A stretch of DNA of 42,215 nt from Theionarchaea archaeon. Its GTDB lineage: Archaea > Methanobacteriota_B > Thermococci > Methanofastidiosales > SZ-28-30. Positions 26,290-35,913 of this stretch are shown piece after piece. The notes under the pieces were generated by a model that had not been told where the DNA came from, searched no databases, and saw only the letters and a program-made list of their open reading frames with translations. A program made the translations under genes and the position numbers. The DNA is taken from assembly GCA_018992685.1 (NCBI GenBank), contig JACVGT010000004.1:1-42215 (forward strand), written 5' to 3'. Position 1 is the first letter of the stretch. Each line of letters opens with the position of its first letter.

Positions 26290-27666
26290 GTGGTAGTCAA
26301 GAGGTGGAATGCAACAATCTTTTTCTTCATTGTTCTTACCATAGGCCTTGTTATTGTGACAATGTTCAAGTGGGACGGGAGAATCCCGTACCAGACTGAT
26401 TTGATACTCATCGGGTTTATTGGATCGCTCGCCACTATATCGGCTCTCATTTTCACGATTCCTCTCTTTTTCAGAAGTTCACGAGAAGGAACCATCTACC
26501 CCGGGACAGACGAAAACCTGGTTATTTGTTACTTGTTGATGTTCATACTGGGCATTTTTTCAAGTCTTCTTACGCTCTTCATTGAAAAGAATACGGGGGT
26601 TTTTGTAGGTTTTTTGGGCAGGGACTTTGAGCTAGGATTATTCTTTTTCAAGTTGAGTGTGGTCATCTTTTTGATCTGTCTTGTCTGGCTAGTTCCCTAC
26701 CTTTTCATATTCCTCAGGAGAGATTCGTTGAAAGTGATAGCTCATCTCAGGAATTCCATTCTTGACAAGGTGAGTCATGTCTCCCAGAGGGATGCGAGAA
26801 GGACAGAAGAGGCCATAAAGAAAGAGATTAACCGGTTAGAAAGGGTCATACTGCAGGTACTGAGCAGTCACAACTACATAGCACTGGACTATGGTATTTC
26901 GAGTCTCATGGACATAACGGGCACGATCATCGGGAAACCCAGAAAGCGTAGTAGATTCATGAGGATTCTTGAAAAAGCTTTGAGAGAGTCTCCCGCAAAC
27001 AATACAGTCGGGAATACCCTTCTAAAAGAGATCATGAGATCATTTCGTGATGTGAGCATTGCTTGTATTGAATGCAGGTCTGATGAGTATTCGCGGCGAA
27101 TTGGAAAGTACATGAAGGAAGTCATTATGGACGGACTGAGAACGAGACAGAATCTTGAATATCCAAACCTCGTATTGAATATTGAACGACTGGGAGCTCA
27201 AGCTGCGAGGAACAACCTTGAAGAGACCACAGATGAAATCCTCAACAGTCTCGGTCAAATAGGTGATCAGAGCATTACAGTCGATTTGCTTCGTTCTCCA
27301 ATTAAGGCTGTTCTTAAGGGTCTTCAAGAGATCGCAATCGTGTGTACAGAGGAGAAAATGGTCTGTCAATGTGCTACAGCGAGAACCCGGATTCTGGGAA
27401 TTGCGCGACGAGGGGGCGCACCCATACAAGAGGAAGCATTGAGACGGTTCTGGGTGGTGACTGCCTTCATGTACAGGAATATTCCGGAAATTACAGAAGC
27501 CAGCTACGGGCTGGAGACTATGTTGGGAAGAGAATTTGGCAGTCTGTTTTTTGAACAGCTTAACGAGTCACTCGAAATGCTTCATAGGGAAAGCGAATGG
27601 GTAAGAAAACGAATAGTCAGGGTGTTCATGAACTCAGCAGAATTCTCCACGATTCGTGCAGAGTAG
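26290..27666 (+). CDS. Uncharacterised membrane protein (about 4 N-terminal TM helices and a helical cytoplasmic domain)
   Basis: Long ORF translationally coupled to the receiver gene, with a hydrophobic N-terminal third. Confidence 0.75.
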   Translation: MVVKRWNATIFFFIVLTIGLVIVTMFKWDGRIPYQTDLILIGFIGSLATISALIFTIPLFFRSSREGTIYPGTDENLVICYLLMFILGIFSSLLTLFIEKNTGVFVGFLGRDFELGLFFFKLSVVIFLICLVWLVPYLFIFLRRDSLKVIAHLRNSILDKVSHVSQRDARRTEEAIKKEINRLERVILQVLSSHNYIALDYGISSLMDITGTIIGKPRKRSRFMRILEKALRESPANNTVGNTLLKEIMRSFRDVSIACIECRSDEYSRRIGKYMKEVIMDGLRTRQNLEYPNLVLNIERLGAQAARNNLEETTDEILNSLGQIGDQSITVDLLRSPIKAVLKGLQEIAIVCTEEKMVCQCATARTRILGIARRGGAPIQEEALRRFWVVTAFMYRNIPEITEASYGLETMLGREFGSLFFEQLNESLEMLHRESEWVRKRIVRVFMNSAEFSTIRAE

Positions 27667-27833
27667 CTGAAGGAATCTGAATCGTGTGTGGGGTGCTGCA
27701 CTGAATTGTGTGATTACAACACCTACGTGGTCGGTTGATGAAAACCTGGACTACTCTCTTCTGCTCAGGCCCTCCCCGTGATGATCTCTATCGTTGTCCA
27801 AACATTTTTATAGACATCAGAACTGGGAAAACC

Positions 27834-28754
27834 ATGGACATAGAATATACATATCAGTGGAAGGAGGACTGCATGTCCCTTTTCAATCATCTCATCACTT
27901 CTGCTGAAGAGAAATTCGAGTTTGCTGAATGGTGGAGACTACGAAAGGAGTCGTTGGTGAATGGGGACATCGGGATAATAATGGCCAGCAGGGAGGGGAC
28001 TCCAGCAGGATTCATAACATATCTTGTTCAAGATGGTATTGGGAAACTTGAGGCGTGTCATGTTCTTGACGTACCTGAAAGGCAGGACATAGCTGTGGGG
28101 CTCCTTGAGCGAGGGATTGGACTCTTGAGGAAGCGAGACGATCTTATGGGTATTTCAGGTGAATTGTATTACATTGCAGGATCAATAGATCCCCTTGCTG
28201 AATACCTGAGAAAAGAAGGCGCCACTGTGTATATTCGCGTTGGCATGATCAGAGCACTTGATGATACGATACCTGTGCATGTGCTGCCCAAAGGGTACTC
28301 GCTACGAGAGTGGACATTCAATGACATACCTGAAGTAGCAGCGTTTTTTTGCCAGGCATTTGAGGATAGCATCGATCTGGTCTTCTGGGAGCACTTTGAC
28401 CACTTGGAAAAGGCTATCACTTATATTGAGAACGTTGCCAGCAGCACTGTATGGTCTCATGTACCCTTGACGAACGCGAGCATCTCCTATAATGGTCAGA
28501 TGTGCGCAGCAACATTGTGCGGTGTACCTGAGAAGAACAAAGGAGCAATCTACCTGGGTGTAATCCGTGAACACAGAAGAAAAAGATTAGGCAGCTTCTT
28601 GCTGGCGCAAGCACTCACAGCATTTAAGAATGCTTCTTTCAAGACAGTTGGCCTTGAAGTGACCCATCGCAATACGGCAGCATACCAGTTTTTCAGAAAC
28701 CACGGGTTCAGAGACAGTCATCGTCTTATCGGCTACACGTTTTTTTCACGATAG
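27834..28754 (+). CDS. Tandem-GNAT acetyltransferase
   Basis: Motifs LGVIREHRRKRLG and NTAAYQFFRNHGF, with a degenerate N-terminal GNAT. Start placed at ATG 27834, about 25 nt after TTTTTATA. Confidence 0.85.
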   Translation: MDIEYTYQWKEDCMSLFNHLITSAEEKFEFAEWWRLRKESLVNGDIGIIMASREGTPAGFITYLVQDGIGKLEACHVLDVPERQDIAVGLLERGIGLLRKRDDLMGISGELYYIAGSIDPLAEYLRKEGATVYIRVGMIRALDDTIPVHVLPKGYSLREWTFNDIPEVAAFFCQAFEDSIDLVFWEHFDHLEKAITYIENVASSTVWSHVPLTNASISYNGQMCAATLCGVPEKNKGAIYLGVIREHRRKRLGSFLLAQALTAFKNASFKTVGLEVTHRNTAAYQFFRNHGFRDSHRLIGYTFFSR

Positions 28755-29204
28755 GTTCTATTTCACATCACTTTGTCTTAAATCCTGCAGAGAAATAGGA
28801 AGCATCTACGGTTGTGGACTAAAGGGCATGTGGGGGTTCTACTGACCCAGACGTTCTCTTCATTCCGCAATGCAAGAATTGGAACAGGTGGCTTTAGGAA
28901 CATATCCCCGAACAGGATGATGTACTTTTCTTTTAATTTATATAGGTAGTGGGATATTTAAAGACTTTTTTCATATGCATTCTCACCTGAAATTACGACC
29001 CACTCTTGAGAATGATTTTAGAAGATGAACTGGATTCATTCAAAGGATATCTTGACCGAATTGTTCCAAATTTCTCTTAGATAGTGTGAAAGCTCAGTAT
29101 TCTGTCAGTATGAGCAATTAGAATACTTGCATGTGAAACCAGTTTTCTTTTGAATTAGAAATAATAAACATAAATATCTAAAAAGACATTAATTCATCAA
29201 AAGA

Positions 29205-29222
29205 GGGAAAAGCTTATAAATA
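29205..29222 (+). promoter_or_regulatory. BRE/TATA promoter of the cluster 2 precursor
   Basis: GGGAAAAG-CTTATAAATA, about 70 nt upstream of ATG 29291. Confidence 0.6.
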
Positions 29223-29290
29223 CTTAGGGTAATTCTAACAACGGAATCTAGGTCAGATTCTGTAGCACAAAATCAACGGAGGTGAAACCA

Positions 29291-29377
29291 ATGTATGCAA
29301 AACCCATGCTGGAAGAGATTACTGTTAGGATTACAGCTGACAAGTGGCTCATTAGTCTGCCTGCTTTACCCTACTAA
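29291..29377 (+). CDS. Unannotated 28-aa RiPP precursor MYAKPMLEEITVRITADKWLISLPALPY (cluster 2)
   Basis: Hand translation. GGAGGTGA RBS at 29278-29285, YxxPxL leader motif, its own promoter and T-rich terminator. Directly precedes the rSAM and PqqD genes. Confidence 0.85.
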   Translation: MYAKPMLEEITVRITADKWLISLPALPY

Positions 29378-29393
29378 GCCAACCAACGCTGTA

Positions 29394-29420
29394 TTTCTTT
29401 ACTTTCTATTTTTTTTATTT
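29394..29420 (+). terminator. T-rich archaeal terminator/attenuator after the precursor
   Basis: TTTCTTTACTTTCTATTTTTTTTATTT, beginning about 16 nt after the stop. Confidence 0.55.
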
Positions 29421-29473
29421 CCAATTAAAGAAATCTCTCTTAATCAGAATTCCTTGGATACTGGACGAGCCAG

Positions 29474-30613
29474 ATGAATGTACAGATGGCAGAAGAAAGT
29501 GGTGCAATGAACAAAGGTGGACTTAGTTTTGCGGACTGGGATGTCACCCCGCACTGTAACCTCAATTGCAGACACTGCTATGCAACATCTCTGTACAGAG
29601 GAAACCAGACAGAGCTGTCCACAGAGGAAATGATGTGCATTCTGGAGAATCTCTGTCGTCTGCCTGTTGCAAATATTGGGATGTTTGGAGGAGAACCTCT
29701 GCTCCGAAAAGACCTTGTACAGATAGTGCAGCAATGTGCCCATAAGAATTCGAATCCATATATCATAACCAATGGACTCCTTCTCACTCAGGACCGATTG
29801 GAATCGTTAATAGAAGCAGGACTCAAAGGCGTTGCAGTGAGTATTGACGGGGCCTCCGAAGAGACCTATTCATATATTCGTCGGGGAAGTGACTTTGGCG
29901 TGGTGACTCGGAATGTGTCAGTCATCAACACATATTCTCTTGAATCACTCGTGATGGACGTGGTCGTTTCAAAGATCAATGCCCACGAGATTGCAGCACT
30001 CATTGGGATGGCCAAGAACTTGGGGTTCACCCGGGTTATACTGGAAATGCTATCTTATCAGGGAAATGCAGCTACAATGGAACGCAGTGTTATCCTTTCT
30101 CCTCTGGAATTCATTCATCTCGCCGAGACTGTCGTTGAAACCCTTATTCAGCTTGACATGAGTTGTGAATTCGTTACCATGTTGTTCGCCATGCCCCCCT
30201 TGATTGACTACTTGAATGATAAGTATGATACTCATCTGCCAAGAGAGCCAAAGAAATGCGCCGCTACAATTTCAACTATATTCATCCGCGCTGACGGGAC
30301 TGCTTATCCCTGCAAAGGTGCAATCCCGGACATGACTCTCAAGGATCACGATGTATATGTCAGTCACGGCAGCAGTCTCCTCGAGAACAGTATTATCGAA
30401 ATCCTGGGCTCTGAGGATTTTGAGCGATTGTTTTATATGCAATCTCCAAATATGATAGCAGAATATCTCCCGAAATGCAGTGATTGTGATTTCTTCCCCA
30501 AAATATGCGTACCATGTCCGATTGCTGCCATGGACCCAGGGAAGGAATTTGCAGAGATCTGCGAGGACTATCCTGTAGGGAGGATTTGTGAAGAGATAAG
30601 GTGTATGAGGTGA
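29474..30613 (+). CDS. Radical SAM/SPASM enzyme without a fused RRE (PqqE/MftC-like architecture)
   Basis: Motifs CNLNCRHC, FGGEPLLR, ITNG, SIDG, CAA...IRADGTAYPC and CSDC..FPKICVPC. Start may be 29486 or 29507. Confidence 0.9.
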   Translation: MNVQMAEESGAMNKGGLSFADWDVTPHCNLNCRHCYATSLYRGNQTELSTEEMMCILENLCRLPVANIGMFGGEPLLRKDLVQIVQQCAHKNSNPYIITNGLLLTQDRLESLIEAGLKGVAVSIDGASEETYSYIRRGSDFGVVTRNVSVINTYSLESLVMDVVVSKINAHEIAALIGMAKNLGFTRVILEMLSYQGNAATMERSVILSPLEFIHLAETVVETLIQLDMSCEFVTMLFAMPPLIDYLNDKYDTHLPREPKKCAATISTIFIRADGTAYPCKGAIPDMTLKDHDVYVSHGSSLLENSIIEILGSEDFERLFYMQSPNMIAEYLPKCSDCDFFPKICVPCPIAAMDPGKEFAEICEDYPVGRICEEIRCMR

Positions 30614-30619
30614 AAAGAA

Positions 30620-30895
30620 ATGGAAGATACAGCTAGACCAAAAAAGGTTCCACACGTCCGGCCGCGTGAACAGGGGGACGATCTGGCCCTCTTTAATGTG
30701 ATGACTGCCCAGTACTTTGTGGTCAACGAAGTTGGACGTGAGATCTGGAACCTCTGTACAGGCGAGCTTACTGTCAAAGAGATTGCGCAGGAAATTCACA
30801 CCAGAATAGAGGGTGCTCCTTCATTTGAAGAAGTCCTGACTGACGCCAAGGAACTGATTGAGGATTTGAAGAACAACAATCTGGTGACAGTCTAA
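30620..30895 (+). CDS. Stand-alone PqqD-family RiPP recognition element (RRE)
   Basis: 91 aa with YFVVNEVGREIWNLCTGELTVKEIA...DAKELIEDLKNNNLV. Confidence 0.92.
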   Translation: MEDTARPKKVPHVRPREQGDDLALFNVMTAQYFVVNEVGREIWNLCTGELTVKEIAQEIHTRIEGAPSFEEVLTDAKELIEDLKNNNLVTV

Positions 30896-30916
30896 CCAAA
30901 GAAGGAGGAGATCTGA

Positions 30917-32254
30917 ATGACAGACATTACCCTCGTAAATGCAGTGATCGGTGCAAGCAGAGGGCAGCTGGGCATTGGCCTGCTGTATATAGTTGCATCT
31001 CTGGAAGAAGCAGGGTATTCCGTGGAGTTCACGGACTACCAAAATGAGGATGTGAAGAGAAAAGCAGATCCAAAGGTGCTTGCGCAGTTTATGAAATCTT
31101 CTGCATCAGTTATCGGTATTAGTGTTTTCTGCAATGCACTGCCCTCCGTGATAAAGGCTGTGAACCTCCTGAAAGAGAGACAGGACGTAACAGTTATCCT
31201 CGGGGGACCTGCTGCCTCTGTGAGTACAGAACGAATCCTTGAACTCTCTGAGGTTGACATCGCAGTCATTGGTGAAGGCGAAAGGGCTATTGTGGAGATC
31301 ATGGAGGCTCTGGATACGGGCAGGTCCCTCGATTCAGTAAGGGGCATCTGCTACAGAGACAACGGCCACGTTGTAACCACACCGGAGCGAGAACGAATTG
31401 CCGATCTGGATTCCGTCCCCTTTCCGGCTTATCACCACATCGATTTTGGAGAATACAGGAGGGAGGCGAATCTGATAACCGCCAGGGGATGCCCCTTCCG
31501 GTGTACCTTCTGTGTCAAATCTATTTGGAAAAGCAGGAAAACATTTCGTTCTATTGAGAATGTTATAGAGGAATTACTGCAAATCGAAGGGAGTATTGAC
31601 AGGATCAATTTATCTGATGACACCTTCGTTCTTGAAAGGGAGAGAGTACAGGAATTCTGCGAACACCTCAAGAAAGAAGGCATTGACAAGGACTGGTCTT
31701 GCACGGGCAGAGTCGGCATGTTGCCGGATTCGCTCATGGAATCCATGCACCGCGCGGGATGCGATACCATGTTTCTAGGAATAGAATCAGGGTCGAGCTC
31801 TATCCTCAAGAAGATAAAAAAGGATTTTACCCCGGAAGAGGCAAGGAGAGATATTGCGCGGGCGAGACAGCACTTCGACAGGATTTACACGTCCTACATG
31901 TGGGGATTTCCTGAAGAGTCTCTGGATGATTTCTATGATACCATGATGTTTCAGATGGAAGATGTCCAGATTCCAGGAGTCCAGCCAGTCATGACCCTCG
32001 TGACGCCATTTCAGTCCACGACACTGTACAGTGAATATTCCCACACCATCAAATTCATGACAGACAACACATATAATGGGTCCACATTACCACCACCTGA
32101 AAGGCTGAGAGGCTATCCTGAACTAGAGGATCTGGTAAGGAAGAATCCAGATGTGTTCAGCTCATTCTATTATTACGAGAATGAAGGATTTGAGGAAAAA
32201 TGCACACTAGTTGACAAGATAAGGGAAAGAGAGAAGAGTGAGGGATCTGCATGA
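30917..32254 (+). CDS. Cobalamin-dependent radical SAM enzyme (class B methyltransferase-like), paralog A
   Basis: B12 domain (ILGGP, GEGE), ARGCPFRCTFC, DDTF, GIESGS and WGFP. Confidence 0.9.
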   Translation: MTDITLVNAVIGASRGQLGIGLLYIVASLEEAGYSVEFTDYQNEDVKRKADPKVLAQFMKSSASVIGISVFCNALPSVIKAVNLLKERQDVTVILGGPAASVSTERILELSEVDIAVIGEGERAIVEIMEALDTGRSLDSVRGICYRDNGHVVTTPERERIADLDSVPFPAYHHIDFGEYRREANLITARGCPFRCTFCVKSIWKSRKTFRSIENVIEELLQIEGSIDRINLSDDTFVLERERVQEFCEHLKKEGIDKDWSCTGRVGMLPDSLMESMHRAGCDTMFLGIESGSSSILKKIKKDFTPEEARRDIARARQHFDRIYTSYMWGFPEESLDDFYDTMMFQMEDVQIPGVQPVMTLVTPFQSTTLYSEYSHTIKFMTDNTYNGSTLPPPERLRGYPELEDLVRKNPDVFSSFYYYENEGFEEKCTLVDKIREREKSEGSA

Positions 32255-33651
32255 GCGATATACTGATTGTAAACTCGGGATTTGGTGAATATAGACCGGG
32301 TCTTCCCATAGGCCCCTTGGAGATAGTCTCTGTTCTGGAAGAGAATGGATTCTCGGTGGATTTCAAAGACTATCAACTTCATGACCCCACACACCACCCG
32401 GACCCGGATGAATTCTACTCCTTCATGAATCCCACATCAGACATTGTGGGTATCAGCGTCATCTGCAATGCACTGCCAACAGTCCTGGGTGCTGTGGAAA
32501 AGCTGAAAGAAGAGCATCCGGATACGCTGGTGATTTTGGGAGGACCTGCTGCCACCGATGTGGGAGGAAGGATCTTGGAGTGCTATCCTGTTGATGTCAT
32601 CGTCATGGGAGAAGGCGAATACACGACGGTGGAATTGGTGGAAGCCCTGCAAGAGGGGACTCCGCTGGATCAGATCAAGGGCATCGTCTACAGGGAGGAT
32701 GGCCGAGTCATAATCAACCCGCTGCGGGAAAGAATCAAGAACCTGGATTCCCTACCGTTCCCTGCGTATCATCATGTCAACTTTGCTGACTATCAGAAGC
32801 TGGCCTGCATTATGAGTGCACGTGGATGCCCTTACGATTGTGGGTTCTGCAGTGCGCATTCCATCTGGCAGCGTCACATGGAGTACAGATCAGTGGAAAA
32901 CATAGTTGAGGAAGTCCTGCAGGTGGCGGACGATTCCATCATGCTCGGATTCCTCGATGACACGTTTGTCATACAGAAAAAACGCGCTATGGATATTATA
33001 GATGCAATCCGCGCTGAAGGTGTGGACCTCCCCTATACATGCAATGGAAAAATAACGTTAATGGATGATGAACTCCTGATGAAACTCTCTGAAACAGGAT
33101 GTTTCCAGCTCTTCTATGGTGTCGAGTCCGGATCCAATAGAGTCCTTCAGATGCTGCATAAAGGACACACGATAGAACAGGCACGAGAGGTTATACGAAA
33201 GACCGTGACCTACAACTTTGAACGGGTACGTACCTCGTACATCTGGGGGTTTCCCTTTGCGACCCTTGAGGAGTTTTATGACACACTGATGTCCATGGGA
33301 GAGGACATTCGCCTCAAGAAGGCAGTTACCCAGATGTCACTTCTCTCTCCATTGCCGAGTTCGCCAATTTTCCAGGGGCACAGCCACCTCCTGAACTTTG
33401 ACGCCACAATTCAGTCCAGAGCCGGTGGTCTCCCGATCAAACAGTCGTTAAAGAACTATCCTCGTGTCATTGAAATGATCAAGGAACATCCGCATGTTTT
33501 TTCGAGTTTCTATTATTATGATCATCCAGAATTCAGAAAGAAACTGGAGACAATTTCCAAGATAGACTGGAAGATCTGGGAAGTTGAGAGTGAGGAGGAA
33601 CTCCTTAAAAAGAAACAGAATCCTGAGGCAAGAGGGGGATCAGAGGAATGA
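32251..33651 (+). CDS. Cobalamin-dependent radical SAM enzyme, paralog B
   Basis: Motifs ILGGP, GEGE, ARGCPYDCGFC, DDTF, GVESGS and WGFP. ATGA overlap with paralog A. Confidence 0.9.
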   Translation: MSDILIVNSGFGEYRPGLPIGPLEIVSVLEENGFSVDFKDYQLHDPTHHPDPDEFYSFMNPTSDIVGISVICNALPTVLGAVEKLKEEHPDTLVILGGPAATDVGGRILECYPVDVIVMGEGEYTTVELVEALQEGTPLDQIKGIVYREDGRVIINPLRERIKNLDSLPFPAYHHVNFADYQKLACIMSARGCPYDCGFCSAHSIWQRHMEYRSVENIVEEVLQVADDSIMLGFLDDTFVIQKKRAMDIIDAIRAEGVDLPYTCNGKITLMDDELLMKLSETGCFQLFYGVESGSNRVLQMLHKGHTIEQAREVIRKTVTYNFERVRTSYIWGFPFATLEEFYDTLMSMGEDIRLKKAVTQMSLLSPLPSSPIFQGHSHLLNFDATIQSRAGGLPIKQSLKNYPRVIEMIKEHPHVFSSFYYYDHPEFRKKLETISKIDWKIWEVESEEELLKKKQNPEARGGSEE

Positions 33652-34526
33652 GATACTCAGCAGAAAAGTATCCCCTCCAGGTCCGGATAATGACGCTCGT
33701 GGCCTCCGTTCTTTCTCATCCCATCTGTGGTAAGGTAACAGGAGTGCTTCTGATGGCTATCCCTCTCAGCGTCATACTCTTTCAAATTGCATCCTCTTTC
33801 TCAATACCCCGCATGTCCACTGTGTTGCTGGTGATACCCCTGACCTACGGTGGTCTTTTTCTGGCGGCATTCCTCCATGAGATGGGACATGTTGCTGTCC
33901 TGCGATCTCTGGGGTGCAGGACAAGAACACAGGTCCTGTACAACTACCACAATCCCCTGCTCCTCTTCAACATGCGTACAGAAATGACAGAAGATCATCC
34001 CATACATTCCTCCACAATCTTTCTACTGAAACGAGGACTTTCAGGTATCTCGGTGAATATTTTGCTGAATGTAGTGTTTCTTGCACTGTCTATTCACTAC
34101 CATAATGTATTCTTTGGTTATCTTGCGTTTCTTCAGGGATTTGGCTCTCAAGGGGCTACGTCTCTGTCTCCCACCACAGGAGATTCAGACGTACGCACAC
34201 TGGTCACTGCAATCGAAGTCCGTGATGAACTGACCGCCACTTTAGAGGAGAAGGATGATCTTGTTTTGGATATTAAGGTAGGGATATTTCTTAGAAACGT
34301 GATCGAGACTACCTACTGGATTCTGGTTGAAGGATTGGACATTTCACATGCAGAACACAAGAATTTTTTGGCATTTGACGTACCGGGTGGCATTATGTTC
34401 TTACTGCGCTGTCTTGAGCAGGATTCTCTCACTCTTACTATACATGGAACCTCTTCAAGGGACATAACCATATATACGAGGGGAGGCAGAATTCTCTCAA
34501 TTCCTGCCAGTTCAAAGGAGGTGTAG
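33648..34526 (+). CDS. M50/site-2-like intramembrane zinc peptidase, candidate leader peptidase
   Basis: HEMGH (HExxH) at the end of a TM helix. SGISVN resembles AGPxxN and SLSPTTGDSD resembles NxxPxxxxDG. Confidence 0.65.
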   Translation: MRYSAEKYPLQVRIMTLVASVLSHPICGKVTGVLLMAIPLSVILFQIASSFSIPRMSTVLLVIPLTYGGLFLAAFLHEMGHVAVLRSLGCRTRTQVLYNYHNPLLLFNMRTEMTEDHPIHSSTIFLLKRGLSGISVNILLNVVFLALSIHYHNVFFGYLAFLQGFGSQGATSLSPTTGDSDVRTLVTAIEVRDELTATLEEKDDLVLDIKVGIFLRNVIETTYWILVEGLDISHAEHKNFLAFDVPGGIMFLLRCLEQDSLTLTIHGTSSRDITIYTRGGRILSIPASSKEV

Positions 34527-34528
34527 TT

Positions 34529-35773
34529 GTGACTACTAAAGTAGAAAATCCAAACCAAAAAGGAACAGAAGAGAAGAAGAAATCCACGATCCTCAGGGAC
34601 AAGAATTTCTTATTGCTATGGGCTGGGCAAGGAGTATCTCAGGCAGGAGATTGGATTTATCTCCTTGCTATGGTTTCTTTTGTTATTGCCCTGACAGGCT
34701 CCGCTGCAGTAACGGGGACCGTCTTGATGGTGATGGTGATCCCACAGATTTTCTTGGGTCCGATAGCAGGAAGCTATGCTGATAGGTGGAGCCGCAAGAA
34801 ACTCATTGTGTGGATGGATGCAGTGAGAGGAGTGGTTACCCTGTATCTTGGATGGCTCGTGGTGAATGATAGCTTGACACTTCCTGTTCTCTACGTGGGG
34901 ACAGCTATCATGTCAGTGGCTCAAGTTTTCTTCAACCCTGCATTGAGGGCATCTATTCCAACTATTGTTCCCGAAGACGAATTGAATCGTGCAAACAGCC
35001 TGATAGGAATGACATCGAAGATTTCTGGCGTCATAGGACCCGCAGTTGGTGGTGTTCTGGTGATAACCCTGGGCATTCCTTTGGCTTTCATTATCAACGG
35101 GCTATCGTTTTTGTTCTCTGCTTTTTCAGAGTCTTTCATCACAATACCCCTGGTCAGACGCGAAGGCCCGGAAAAGCATATCCTGGCGGACATGAGGGAA
35201 GGGTTCCAATTCATCAAAGAAAAAAAGGCCATTCTGGGTATTATCATAATCCTGGGAGCAATGACGTTCTTTGCAGCACCCCTGGTGATCGTTTTCAAGA
35301 TTCTATCTCAGACCTACTATCACATGGGTGATATAGGATACGGATTTCTGATTAGCGCAGATTCCCTGGGTATTCTGGTGTCAACGTTCATCCTTGCTGT
35401 CAAACCGACGATAGAAAACAAATCCAGAGTTCTCATCTTGTTCCCCATTGTGGCTGGGTTGACGTTGCTGGGAATTGGCACAGTGATAAACTTCTACTTT
35501 GCCGTGGCTCTCATGGCTATTCAGGGAATTATCAGCGGATTTGGTGAGATCGTCATAATCACTCTTCTTCAAACGCTGACTCCGAATGAAAAACGTGGCA
35601 AGGTGTTTGGCGTCTATGTTACGATGACCATGGCACTGGTTCCCATATCCTATGCTATCCTGGGTGCTCTCATTGACATGACATCTGTCCTCACCATGCT
35701 ACTCATCTCGGGGAGTGCGCTCATTATTGGAGGAATTTGTATCTCCTTCGTCCCGGGTATCAGAGAACTTTAG
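34529..35773 (+). CDS. MFS exporter (macrolide-efflux/DHA3-like)
   Basis: Motifs NFLLLWAGQGVS, GSYADRWSRKK, FNPA and GPAVGG, with 12 TM. RBS GGAGGTG. Confidence 0.9.
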   Translation: MTTKVENPNQKGTEEKKKSTILRDKNFLLLWAGQGVSQAGDWIYLLAMVSFVIALTGSAAVTGTVLMVMVIPQIFLGPIAGSYADRWSRKKLIVWMDAVRGVVTLYLGWLVVNDSLTLPVLYVGTAIMSVAQVFFNPALRASIPTIVPEDELNRANSLIGMTSKISGVIGPAVGGVLVITLGIPLAFIINGLSFLFSAFSESFITIPLVRREGPEKHILADMREGFQFIKEKKAILGIIIILGAMTFFAAPLVIVFKILSQTYYHMGDIGYGFLISADSLGILVSTFILAVKPTIENKSRVLILFPIVAGLTLLGIGTVINFYFAVALMAIQGIISGFGEIVIITLLQTLTPNEKRGKVFGVYVTMTMALVPISYAILGALIDMTSVLTMLLISGSALIIGGICISFVPGIREL

Positions 35774-35913
35774 GAGAAATCTTTCGACTTCATTTTTCCT
35801 CTTTTTTACTTCGTGGAGATTATGAGCGTGCACAGCAGGGCTTTGTGAGAAGACGTGGGCTGCCACCTGGTATCCATCAACCTGCTGCTGGATTCAAGCA
35901 AGGAATCGGAAAA

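Noticed and set aside
29295-29477. 60-aa ORF MQNPCWKRLLLG from the ORF track as the cluster 2 precursor
   Set aside because: It is an alternative frame that runs through the T-rich terminator. The frame starting at 29291 has better RBS spacing and the YxxPxL motif.
29474-30895. PQQ or mycofactocin biosynthesis
   Set aside because: The precursor lacks the ExxxY (PqqA) and IDGMCGVY (MftA) motifs, and there are no pqqB/C or mftD/E/F genes.
29291-35773. Lasso peptide cluster (YxxPxL leader, Thr at -2, RRE)
   Set aside because: There is no asparagine-synthetase-like cyclase or transglutaminase-like peptidase, and the core has no Asp/Glu acceptor at positions 7-9.
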